Notes under the pieces: model-generated
The model's database searches: none
What the model was told of the DNA's origin: nothing
The model's input: the letters and a program-made list of their open reading frames with translations, nothing else
Shown: piece by piece, positions 35,010-42,351 of the stretch
Position numbering within the stretch: position 1 is the stretch's first letter
Layout of the letters: each line of letters begins with the position of its first letter
Program-made: the position numbers and the translations under genes
Source: an uncultured Planctomycetaceae bacterium
Lineage (GTDB): Bacteria > Planctomycetota > UBA1135 > GCA-002686595
Direction: 5' to 3'
NCBI GenBank assembly: GCA_964351535.1
Contig: CAYGPA010000001.1
Location: 21,454-67,310 of the forward strand
Length of the DNA stretch: 45,857 nt

Positions 35010-36616
35010 GTGCGGAACTCCTCGGGGAAGTGCTTCAACGCGCTCGTCAGCGGGAGCGGGGCCGCCTGGCCCAGCCCGCAGATCGAGCCCTCGTTCATCT
35101 GCCAGGCCGCGTCGGAGACCTGGGCCAGGCTGCGCGCAGCGTCCTCGCCGGCCGAGCCGTCGGCGAGGTGTCGTTTCAGCGCGTCGCGCAGGTAGTACGT
35201 ACCGATGCGACACGGCGCGCACTGCCCGCAGCTCTCGTCCTCGAAGAAGCGCAGCTGGTCGAGCGCGGCCTCGCGCAGGTCCGCCGTGTCGTTGAGGACG
35301 ACCACGCCCGCCGACCCCAGCATCGAACCGACCGCGGCCAGCGACTTGAAGTCGAGCGGCACGTCGCGCATCGAAGCCGGCAGGAAGCCCGAGCTGGCGC
35401 CGCCCGGGCTGAAGGCCTTGAGCTCGCCCACGACGCCGCCGGCGGCCTCGAGCAGCTCGTCCAGCGTGACGCCGAGCGGCAGCTCGTACGTCCCGGGGCG
35501 CTGCACGTGTCCGCTGACGCAGTAGAGCTTCGTCCCGGGCTCGGTGCGGCCCAGCGCGCGGAACCACGCTCCGCCGCGCTCGAGGATCGGCGCGATGCAC
35601 GCGATCGTCTCGACGTTGTGCACGAGCGTGGGCTTGCCCCACAGGCCGACCTCGACGGGAAACGGTGGCTTCAGGCGCGGCATGCCGCGCTTGCCCTCGA
35701 GCGCCTCGATCAGCGCCGTCTCCTCGCCGCAGATGTACGCACCCTGCCCGGCGTGCAGGTGGAAGCGCAGGCCGTCGAAGACGTCGTCGCGCTCGAAGCG
35801 CGCGAGCGCGTCCTCCACGATGCCCCACGGCACCTCGAACTCGCCCCGCAGGTACAGGTAGACCTCGTCGGCGCCGACGGCGCGCGCGGCGATCGCGAGC
35901 CCCTCCAGGACGCGATCGGGTCGGCGCAGCAGGACCTCGCGGTCCTTGAACGTGCCCGGCTCGCCCTCGTCGGCGTTCAGGACGACGTAGCGCTTCGTCT
36001 CCGGCTGCCCGTGCACGCCGCGCCACTTGATGTGGGCGGGGAAGCCGGCGCCGCCGCGGCCCTGCAGGCCGGATTCCTCGAGCGTGGCGAAGAGCGCCTC
36101 GGGTCCGAGGTCGCGCGCGCGGCGGTAGGCGGCGCCGCTGAAGTCGGGCGTGCCGTGCAGGTCGAGGACGAGGTGTTCGGGGTCGGCGCGCTCGGGCCAG
36201 GCGTGGCCGAACCACGCGCGATCGTCGGGCGCGCCCGCGGAGCGCAGCGCGCGCCAGTCGCCCGCCGCGCGCTCGACGTCGGCGACCTGCACGGCCGGCA
36301 GCACGCGGCGCTCGCGCAGCACGGCCGGCGGCACGTCGCAGCCCGCGAGGCAGGAGCAGCCCTCGACCGGCATGCCGGCCGCCTCCGCGGCGCGCAGGAC
36401 CTCGTCGGCACCCGCCAGGCGGCACGAGAGCCCGGTGCAGACGCGCACGTGCTTGTCGGGTCGCGACAGCAGGTGGAAGAAGCTGCCGACGCCGTAGATC
36501 GAGGCCTCGGGAACGCCGGTGCCGCGCGCCAGGTCGCGCGCCACGCCCTCGCGCAGCCCGCCACCCCGCTGCAGCAGGTCGGGTACATCTCCGGAGGGTC
36601 CAGATCTCGACGTCAA
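35006..36616 (-). CDS. Formate dehydrogenase beta/diaphorase subunit (fused NuoE-like 2Fe-2S plus NuoF-like NAD/FMN/4Fe-4S)
   Basis: NuoE-like part 'IYGVGSFFHLL...VRVCTGLSCRLAG...CLAGCDVPPA'. NuoF-like part 'GLQGRGGAGFP...KW', 'YVVLNADEGEPGTFKDR', 'GAYICGEETALIEALEG' and 'ESCGQCAPCR'. The start is uncertain. TTG 36616 was chosen because it is preceded by 'gagagga'. The upstream part of the 706-aa track ORF has low third-position GC. Confidence 0.85.
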   Translation of the reverse strand: MTSRSGPSGDVPDLLQRGGGLREGVARDLARGTGVPEASIYGVGSFFHLLSRPDKHVRVCTGLSCRLAGADEVLRAAEAAGMPVEGCSCLAGCDVPPAVLRERRVLPAVQVADVERAAGDWRALRSAGAPDDRAWFGHAWPERADPEHLVLDLHGTPDFSGAAYRRARDLGPEALFATLEESGLQGRGGAGFPAHIKWRGVHGQPETKRYVVLNADEGEPGTFKDREVLLRRPDRVLEGLAIAARAVGADEVYLYLRGEFEVPWGIVEDALARFERDDVFDGLRFHLHAGQGAYICGEETALIEALEGKRGMPRLKPPFPVEVGLWGKPTLVHNVETIACIAPILERGGAWFRALGRTEPGTKLYCVSGHVQRPGTYELPLGVTLDELLEAAGGVVGELKAFSPGGASSGFLPASMRDVPLDFKSLAAVGSMLGSAGVVVLNDTADLREAALDQLRFFEDESCGQCAPCRIGTYYLRDALKRHLADGSAGEDAARSLAQVSDAAWQMNEGSICGLGQAAPLPLTSALKHFPEEFRT

Positions 36617-36813
36617 GGCGGTTCCGCGTCCTCTCGCACCCCATCCTACTGTTCGAGAGCACGGGCGTCCCCATCCGCCGCGGCGCATCCCGCGTGGAAG
36701 AGTCTCGCGCCCGTTCGCAGGCGGCGCGGACCGAGGTGCCCGCCGGGCTCGGTGGACTCCGCATCCGGCTCGAGGGCGTACGCATCGAGGTGCTCGTGCC
36801 ACCCCGAACCCGG

Positions 36814-37893
36814 TCAGGTCGCGACCAGCTCCGTCAGCCAGCGAGGCTCGGACAGCAGTCCCGCCAGGACCCCGACGCCGTTCAGGAACTCCCGCTCCTC
36901 GACGTGCTCCTCGGGCGTGTGGTCGAGCCGACTGTCGCCGGGCCCGTAGGCGAGGCAGGGACATCCCCACGCGGGCGCGACGACGTTCATGTCCGCCGTT
37001 CCGGTCTTGCGCACGTATCCGGCCCGGCCGCCGCGCCGCGCGATCTGTCGCGCGAGCGCGCGGTGCAGCGCCGTCGTCCGCGGACCGGACCAGGCGGGCA
37101 TGCCGCCCGAGGTCTCCACCGACCACTCGGGCAGGACGCGCTCGAGCCAGGACTGCGCGAGCGGCGGCGGGAGGTCCTCGGGCAGACGCAGGACGACGTC
37201 GAGTCGCGCGCGTTCGCGCAGCCCGGTCGGCCCGGCCTCGACGCGCTCGAGCCGGGTCAGCAGCCGGGTGTAGAGCTCCTCACGGCCGGCGTCGAACTCA
37301 CGCGCGGCACCCTCGAGGCGCTGCCAGGCGGCACAGGCCAGTTCGGACGCGCTCGAGCGGTCGTGCGCACCGTGCCCGCCGTCGACCTCGCGCGAGACGA
37401 GCGCGCGCAAGTACCCCTTGTATCCGAGCGTCATCCGCTCCCACCCGCTGGGCTCGCCGACGACGCAGGCGGCGGGAGCGCGTCGACGCACTGCGTGGCG
37501 CGCGCCGCGGGAGCTCGGCGCCTCTTCCTCCACGCAGCCGATCACCGTGACCCGCGCCGCCAGCCGCCCGTCGCGCGCCGCCCGTGCGGTCGCCGCGACG
37601 AAGGCCACCAGCGGGCCCTTGGCGTCCACGGTTCCCCGGCCGTAGAGGCGCCCGCCCGATCGCCGGACCGGGACCACGCCCGGCACGGTGTCCACGTGGC
37701 CGAGCAGCACCAGCTCCGGCCCGTCCGCGGGCCCGACGGTGCCGACGGCGTTGCCGACGGCGTCGACCGCCGACTCGAACCCGAGCTCCGCCATGCGCGC
37801 GACCAGGAGCTCGGCCGCAGCCGCCTCGTCGCCGCTGACGCTCGGGACGCGGACCAGCTCCTCCAGCAGGTCCAGGGCCTCGCGGTCGTTCAC
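36814..37893 (-). CDS. lysK: [LysW]-lysine hydrolase / acetylornithine deacetylase-type M20 peptidase (LysK)
   Basis: GTG 37893 overlaps the lysJ TGA. 'LLEELVRVPSVSGDE', 'LLGHVDTVP' and 'GRGTVDAKG' are M20 (ArgE/DapE/LysK) motifs. It is the last gene of the lysW cluster. Confidence 0.8.
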   Translation of the reverse strand: MNDREALDLLEELVRVPSVSGDEAAAAELLVARMAELGFESAVDAVGNAVGTVGPADGPELVLLGHVDTVPGVVPVRRSGGRLYGRGTVDAKGPLVAFVAATARAARDGRLAARVTVIGCVEEEAPSSRGARHAVRRRAPAACVVGEPSGWERMTLGYKGYLRALVSREVDGGHGAHDRSSASELACAAWQRLEGAAREFDAGREELYTRLLTRLERVEAGPTGLRERARLDVVLRLPEDLPPPLAQSWLERVLPEWSVETSGGMPAWSGPRTTALHRALARQIARRGGRAGYVRKTGTADMNVVAPAWGCPCLAYGPGDSRLDHTPEEHVEEREFLNGVGVLAGLLSEPRWLTELVAT

Positions 37894-39104
37894 GCGGACA
37901 CCTCCGCGCGCACGCACTGCCCGACGGCCGCCGCGAGCGCTTCGAGCTGTTCCTCGGTGCTGATCAGCGGAGGCAGCAGGCGGAGGACGCGTCGACCCGC
38001 GCCGAGCGCCAGGAAGCCCCGGGCCTGCAGGCTGCGCAGGACCGGCACCACGCCGCCGGGGAGCTCGACCCCGACCATCAGACCCAGGCCGCGGACGTCG
38101 CTCGCCGCGCTTCCGCAGTGCTCCCGCAGGGCGGCGCGCAGGAGCTCGCCGCGAACCGCGGCCGCCTCGACCAGCGCGTGGTCCTCGAGAACTCCGATCG
38201 TGGCCAGGGCCGCGGCGCACGCCAGCGGGTTCCCACCGAACGTCGATCCGTGCGCTCCCTGCGGCAGCTCTCCCGCACTCGCACGCAGCGCGGTCGCGCC
38301 GATCGGAACCCCGCCCGCGAGGCCCTTCGCCAGGCAGACGAGGTCGGGATCCAGCCCGTGATGACGGAACCCGAACCAGCGCCCCGTGCGCCCCATCCCC
38401 GTCTGCACCTCGTCGATCCCGAACAGCGTGCCGTGCGTGCGGCAGAGCTCCTGGACGGCCTGCAGGAAGGTCCCGTCGAGCACGTGCACGCCGCCCTCGC
38501 CCTGGACGACCTCCACCAGGACCAGACCCACGTCGCGCGCGCGAAGCGCCTCCGAGAGCCCGTCGAGATCCCCGGGCGCCACGTGCCGGAACGACTCGAG
38601 GAGCGGCCCCGCTCCGGCGCGGTGATGCGCGCGCCACGTGGCGCTCAGGGATCCGAACGTGCGGCCGTGGAACGCGCGCGCGAGGGCGACGACCCCGGGC
38701 CGCCCGGTCAGGTGGCGCGCGAACTTGATGGCGGCTTCGACCGACTCGGTGCCCGAGTTGCAGAAGAACAGCCGATCGAGAGGGGCGAGTCGCTCGCCCA
38801 GGCGCGCGACGAGCGCCTCGCGGACGGGGCTGCCGAAGCTCGCGGAGCACGCGACGAGCTCGCGGGCCTGCTCGGCGACGGCGCGCGCGATGGCCGGGTG
38901 CGCGTGCCCGAGCACGGCGACGCCCATCATCGACGTGGCGTCGAAGTAGCGCCGCCCCGCGTCGTCGAACACGTACGGCCCTTCCCCGCGGACCAGGTTC
39001 AGCCCGCGGGACCCCGCCAGGCACAGGTCGCGCGCGGGACCCGCGGCGGCGCGCGCATCCGGCGGTTGCCCGGTCGCGGAACCCGGCGAAACCGTGCGGC
39101 TCAA
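37890..39104 (-). CDS. lysJ: [LysW]-aminoadipate semialdehyde / acetylornithine aminotransferase (LysJ, class III PLP)
   Basis: 'GEGPYVFDDAGRRYFD', 'FFCNSGTESVEAAIKFAR', 'LFGIDEVQTGMGRTGRWFGF', 'LAKGLAGGVPIGA' and 'STFGGNPLACAAA'. The TTG start is inferred to overlap the lysZ TGA (TTGA), consistent with the track frame. The exact start is uncertain. Confidence 0.85.
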   Translation of the reverse strand: MSRTVSPGSATGQPPDARAAAGPARDLCLAGSRGLNLVRGEGPYVFDDAGRRYFDATSMMGVAVLGHAHPAIARAVAEQARELVACSASFGSPVREALVARLGERLAPLDRLFFCNSGTESVEAAIKFARHLTGRPGVVALARAFHGRTFGSLSATWRAHHRAGAGPLLESFRHVAPGDLDGLSEALRARDVGLVLVEVVQGEGGVHVLDGTFLQAVQELCRTHGTLFGIDEVQTGMGRTGRWFGFRHHGLDPDLVCLAKGLAGGVPIGATALRASAGELPQGAHGSTFGGNPLACAAALATIGVLEDHALVEAAAVRGELLRAALREHCGSAASDVRGLGLMVGVELPGGVVPVLRSLQARGFLALGAGRRVLRLLPPLISTEEQLEALAAAVGQCVRAEVSA

Positions 39105-39961
39105 GACACTGCCTCCACCGCGCGCTCCGCCGCGATCTGCGTGCCCTCGCCCGCCAGGGCGTCCGTCAGCGGTCGCGCGCGGCGCGCGTCTCCGATGACG
39201 ACCCGTTCGACGCCCGCCGCGAGGGCCTCGCGCGCCCCGAGCAGCTTCTTGCGCATCCGGCCGAGGGCCAGCGGCTCCACCCGGTCGAGCTCGCATGCCG
39301 CCACGAACGGGACGAGCGTCTCGGGCCGCGCGGGATCCTCGAGCAGTCCGCGCACGTTGGTCAGGAGAACCAGCGTCCGGGCCGCGAGGGCTCCCGCGAC
39401 ACAGGCCGCGAGGCGGTCGGCATCCACGTTCAGCATCTCCCCGCTCCCGCCGCAGGCCAGCGGTGCGATCACGGGAACCAGACCGCGCGCGCGCAGCATC
39501 TCCAGGAGTCCCGCGTCGACGTGCTCCGGCCGCCCGGTCCACTCGTCGCGCAGGATGCGGGTGCGGCCGTCGACGACCGCGCGCACCTGGCTCTTGCGGC
39601 GACCCCGGACGCAGGCACCGTCCAGGCCCGACAGACCGAAGGCCGGCACGCCGCGGGAGAGCAGACCTTCCACGAGCTTGCGGTTCAGCAGCGCCGTCGC
39701 CATCGCGAAGGCCTCGAGCGCCGCACGGTCCGTGCGCCGGCTCGTGTGGCCGCTCGGCGACGTGATGAACTCGGCGGGCCGGCCCAGCGCGCTCTGCAGG
39801 AGCGTCGTCGCCTCCGAGCCGCCGTGCACCACGACGGGCAGCACGCGACCCGGCTCGGCCCGTCCCCCCCCGTCCCGCGCCCGCAGGCGGGCGGCGAGAT
39901 CGTCCAGCAGCGGATCCAGCGCGACACCGCGGGCTCCTCCGACCTTCACGACCAGACTCAT
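39101..39961 (-). CDS. lysZ: [LysW]-aminoadipate kinase / acetylglutamate kinase family (LysZ)
   Basis: 'MSLVVKVGGARG', 'VVVHGGS', 'VPVIAPLACGGSGEMLNVDADRLAA' and 'LVLLTNVRGLL' are amino-acid kinase family motifs in cluster context. Confidence 0.85.
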   Translation of the reverse strand: MSLVVKVGGARGVALDPLLDDLAARLRARDGGGRAEPGRVLPVVVHGGSEATTLLQSALGRPAEFITSPSGHTSRRTDRAALEAFAMATALLNRKLVEGLLSRGVPAFGLSGLDGACVRGRRKSQVRAVVDGRTRILRDEWTGRPEHVDAGLLEMLRARGLVPVIAPLACGGSGEMLNVDADRLAACVAGALAARTLVLLTNVRGLLEDPARPETLVPFVAACELDRVEPLALGRMRKKLLGAREALAAGVERVVIGDARRARPLTDALAGEGTQIAAERAVEAVS

Positions 39962-39980
39962 GGCTCTCGTCTCCTCGTTC

Positions 39981-41018
39981 CTAGCCGACGGGGTGCAGTC
40001 CGCGAGCCGCGAGACCGGTGGTCTCGTCCCAGCCCATGGACAGGTTCAAGCACTGCACGGCGCTGCCGGCAGCGCCCTTGCCCAGGTTGTCGAGCGCGCA
40101 CAGGGCCACGACCCGGCGTGAGTCGGGGTCGAACGCGAAGCCCAGGTCCGCGCGATTGGTCCCCCACAGGAGCTTCGGCTCCGGGTGCCGGTAGGCGCCC
40201 GCGCGCTCGTGGACGACGTCGAGGAAGGGCTCGGATGCCACGGCGCCGTGGTAGGCGCGCAGGAGCGCGCGCTCGTCGACCCCGTCGTCGAGGAAAACGT
40301 GGCACGTCGCGAGCGCACCGCGCACGAGTTCGACGGCCGTGATCGACAGGTGGAGGTCGACCTCGGGGAAGGCCTGGATCACCTCGGCCGCGTGGCGGTG
40401 GCCCACGGGCGCGTAGGAGCGGACCACGGCACTGCGCACGGGATGGTGGCTCCCCGCGTTTCCGTCCGCCCCCGCCTCGCTCGAGCCGACCTTGACCTCG
40501 GCGACGACTCGCTCTCCGCGGTTCAGCCACCCCGACCGAGCCAGGGGCAAGAGCGCCAGGTTGACGGCCGTGGCGTTGCAGCCGACCCCGCTGACGTAGC
40601 GCGCGCCCGCGAGGCGTTCTCGTCCGACCTCGGGCAGGCCGTAGACGAAGCGCTCGAGCCACTCCGGCGCGGGATGGTCCGCTCCGTAGCGACGCGCGTA
40701 GTCGTCGGGATCGCGCAGGCGAAAGTCCGCGGAGCAATCGACGATGCGTTCCGCCAGCTGGGCGAAGCGCTCGATCGAGCGCGCCGCGGCTCCGTGCGGC
40801 AGCGCCAGGAAGAGCGCATCGCACGGCCGCAGGTCCTCGATGGACGTGAACCGCGGGAGCTCGACACCGCGCAGGTGGGGATGAACGCGGCGCACCGGCT
40901 GACCGGCGAGGCGCTCGGAAGTCACCTGGACGACGTCGACGAGGGGGTGGTCGACGAGCAGGCGCAGGAGCTCGCCTCCGACGTAGCCCGAGGCGCCGGC
41001 CAGGGCCACGCGGATCAC
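39981..41018 (-). CDS. lysY: [LysW]-aminoadipate 6-phosphate reductase / N-acetyl-gamma-glutamyl-phosphate reductase family (LysY)
   Basis: GTG 41018 overlaps the lysX TGA. 'VALAGASGYVGGELLRLL', 'CSADFRL', catalytic-Cys block 'VSGVGCNATA', and 'ALDNLGKGAAGSAVQCLN'. Confidence 0.9.
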   Translation of the reverse strand: MIRVALAGASGYVGGELLRLLVDHPLVDVVQVTSERLAGQPVRRVHPHLRGVELPRFTSIEDLRPCDALFLALPHGAAARSIERFAQLAERIVDCSADFRLRDPDDYARRYGADHPAPEWLERFVYGLPEVGRERLAGARYVSGVGCNATAVNLALLPLARSGWLNRGERVVAEVKVGSSEAGADGNAGSHHPVRSAVVRSYAPVGHRHAAEVIQAFPEVDLHLSITAVELVRGALATCHVFLDDGVDERALLRAYHGAVASEPFLDVVHERAGAYRHPEPKLLWGTNRADLGFAFDPDSRRVVALCALDNLGKGAAGSAVQCLNLSMGWDETTGLAARGLHPVG

Positions 41019-41914
41019 GGCGCGGCCTCCGCGAGTCGCGGCGCGGCCTCGTTCCGGGCGCGCTGCACGTCGAGGACGTGCGCCACGATCCGGTCGGCCA
41101 GGTCCACTCCGGTCGGCTCGATGCTGTTGCGAAACTCCATCGAGTGGTTCACCTCCAGCACCAGGAGCCGCCCGTCGACGTCCTCCACGAGGTCCACGGC
41201 GACGACGTCGCCCTCGACGGCGCGCGCGGCTCCGCAGGCGAGCTCGGCGAGTTCGCGGGTCACGGGGCAGTTGCTCGTACGAGCTCCGCGAGCCGTGTTG
41301 GTCACCCAGTGCTCGCTCTCGCGATAGACCGCGGCCACGGTCTCGTCGCCGATCACGAAGGCCCGCACGTCGCGCCCCGGCTTGCGCACGAAGGCTTGGA
41401 GGTAGAGCGAGCGGTGGGTCCAGCCGCCGAGGACCTCCCGGTCCTCCAGCACGGCCTCCGCGGCGTGGCGATCGTTGAGGCGGGCCACGAGGCGTCCCCA
41501 CGAGCCCACGGCCGGTTTGATCACGGCCGGATAGCCCAGCTCGTCCTCCAGCAGTTGCAGGGCCTCCTTGCTGGAGAAGGCGAGCCGGGTGCGGGGCTGG
41601 GGCAGCCCCGCCCGCGCCAGCTGGACGCTGGTCCGGATCTTGTCCCCGCAGAGGCGGACGCAGCGGGCCGTGTTCACACAACGGAGGCCCAGGCTCTCCA
41701 GGACCTCGAGCGCGTGAACGGCGGAACCGAACTTCACGGAGCGGTCGTGCACGACGCCCACGTCCGCGAGCGACGCGGGCGGAGGACTGCCGTCCAGCGG
41801 CAGGACCAGGCTGCGCTCGTCGAGCCTTACGACCTCGACGCCGCGCTGCGCGTAGGCCGCGAGCAAGAACTTCTCCTCGGGGCGTACCCGGGATGCCAGG
41901 AGGGCGATGCGCAC
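41015..41914 (-). CDS. lysX: RimK/LysX-type ATP-grasp ligase ([LysW]-aminoadipate ligase)
   Basis: GTG 41914 lies 3 nt after the lysW stop. The ATP-grasp pattern includes 'YPAVIKPAVGSWGRLV', 'LYLQAFV..PGRDVRAFVIG' and 'VVAVDLVED..GRLLVLEVNHSMEFRN'. Confidence 0.85.
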   Translation of the reverse strand: MRIALLASRVRPEEKFLLAAYAQRGVEVVRLDERSLVLPLDGSPPPASLADVGVVHDRSVKFGSAVHALEVLESLGLRCVNTARCVRLCGDKIRTSVQLARAGLPQPRTRLAFSSKEALQLLEDELGYPAVIKPAVGSWGRLVARLNDRHAAEAVLEDREVLGGWTHRSLYLQAFVRKPGRDVRAFVIGDETVAAVYRESEHWVTNTARGARTSNCPVTRELAELACGAARAVEGDVVAVDLVEDVDGRLLVLEVNHSMEFRNSIEPTGVDLADRIVAHVLDVQRARNEAAPRLAEAAP

Positions 41915-41917
41915 GCC

Positions 41918-42082
41918 CTATTCCCCCCAGTCCTCGTCGACTTCCGGCGCCGGCGCCACCGCCGGCGGGGAGAGCCCCACGACCTCGAGCTCGGCCTCGC
42001 AGCTACCGCAGGCGAGGACCTCCCCCTCCACGATGTCGGCGGGCAAGTCCAGCGGAGACGCGCATTCGGTGCAGGCAATCAT
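41918..42082 (-). CDS. lysW: Amino-group carrier protein LysW (54 aa; below the ORF-track length cutoff)
   Basis: My own translation of the minus strand gives MIACTECASPLDLPADIVEGEVLACGSCEAELEVVGLSPPAVAPAPEVDEDWGE*. It has a zinc-ribbon CxxC...CxxC and the diagnostic acidic C-terminus 'EDWGE'. Shine-Dalgarno-like 'gaaagga' lies upstream. Confidence 0.9.
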   Translation of the reverse strand: MIACTECASPLDLPADIVEGEVLACGSCEAELEVVGLSPPAVAPAPEVDEDWGE

Positions 42083-42147
42083 GGTTCCGGGTTCCTTTCA
42101 GGGAGCTCGGACCCACGGTGGACCGGGAAGCGTTCGCCATGCAAAGC

Positions 42148-42181
42148 GAAGCCGCCGGCCCCCCGAGGGGCCGGCGGCTTC
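42148..42181 (-). terminator. Perfect 15-bp GC-rich hairpin (GAAGCCGCCGGCCCC-UCGG-GGGGCCGGCGGCUUC): candidate attenuator/terminator between the leader ORF and lysW
   Basis: Read directly and cross-checked against the track translation of the plus-strand ORF 41907..42482. On the minus strand it is followed by GCUUUGCAUGG, a short U run. On the plus strand it is followed by GUUGUUCUGCU. It sits 66 nt upstream of the lysW ATG and 26 nt downstream of the leader-ORF stop. Confidence 0.7.
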
Positions 42182-42206
42182 GTTGTTCTGCTCGAATACG
42201 AAAGAC

Positions 42207-42266
42207 CTAGCCGACCCCGCGGGGGCACAGCTTCTTCTTCAGGGCTTTCGAGACTCGAATCGTCAT
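42207..42266 (-). CDS. Candidate 19-aa leader peptide MTIRVSKALKKKLCPRGVG with three tandem AAG Lys codons
   Basis: Minus strand: ATG ACG ATT CGA GTC TCG AAA GCC CTG AAG AAG AAG CTG TGC CCC CGC GGG GTC GGC TAG. It is codon-aligned antisense to the track frame '...DLADPAGAQLLLQGFRDSNRH...', which confirms the bases. Four Lys in 19 codons is striking in a very GC-rich, Lys-poor genome. No clear Shine-Dalgarno sequence is present. Confidence 0.5.
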   Translation of the reverse strand: MTIRVSKALKKKLCPRGVG

Positions 42267-42351
42267 GGATCGTCGCGCTTCGCGCGCGTTGCTGATCCGG
42301 AGCCTAGGTCTTCCGAGGCCCAGCACAAGCACCTTCTCGGATTCCGAGCGA

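Noticed and set aside
36649-36816. The open, fairly GC3-rich frame continuing for about 55 codons after the lysK TGA ('PGSGWHEHLDAYALEPDAESTEPGG...ALEQ*'). Possible read-through or a second Sec codon.
   Set aside because: - There is no SECIS-like hairpin after this TGA.
- M20 peptidases are not known selenoproteins.
- There is no internal start codon in the frame.
- Third-position GC (about 80% by my count) is not clearly above the non-coding background here.
- I treat the region as the intergenic/promoter region of the fdh operon.
42083-42351. A lysine riboswitch (L-box) upstream of lysW
   Set aside because: - I could not recognise the conserved L-box core, and the structured part is short for a five-helix L-box of about 180 nt.
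- A Lys-codon leader ORF plus terminator explains the region better.
- An Infernal scan with RF00168 would settle it.
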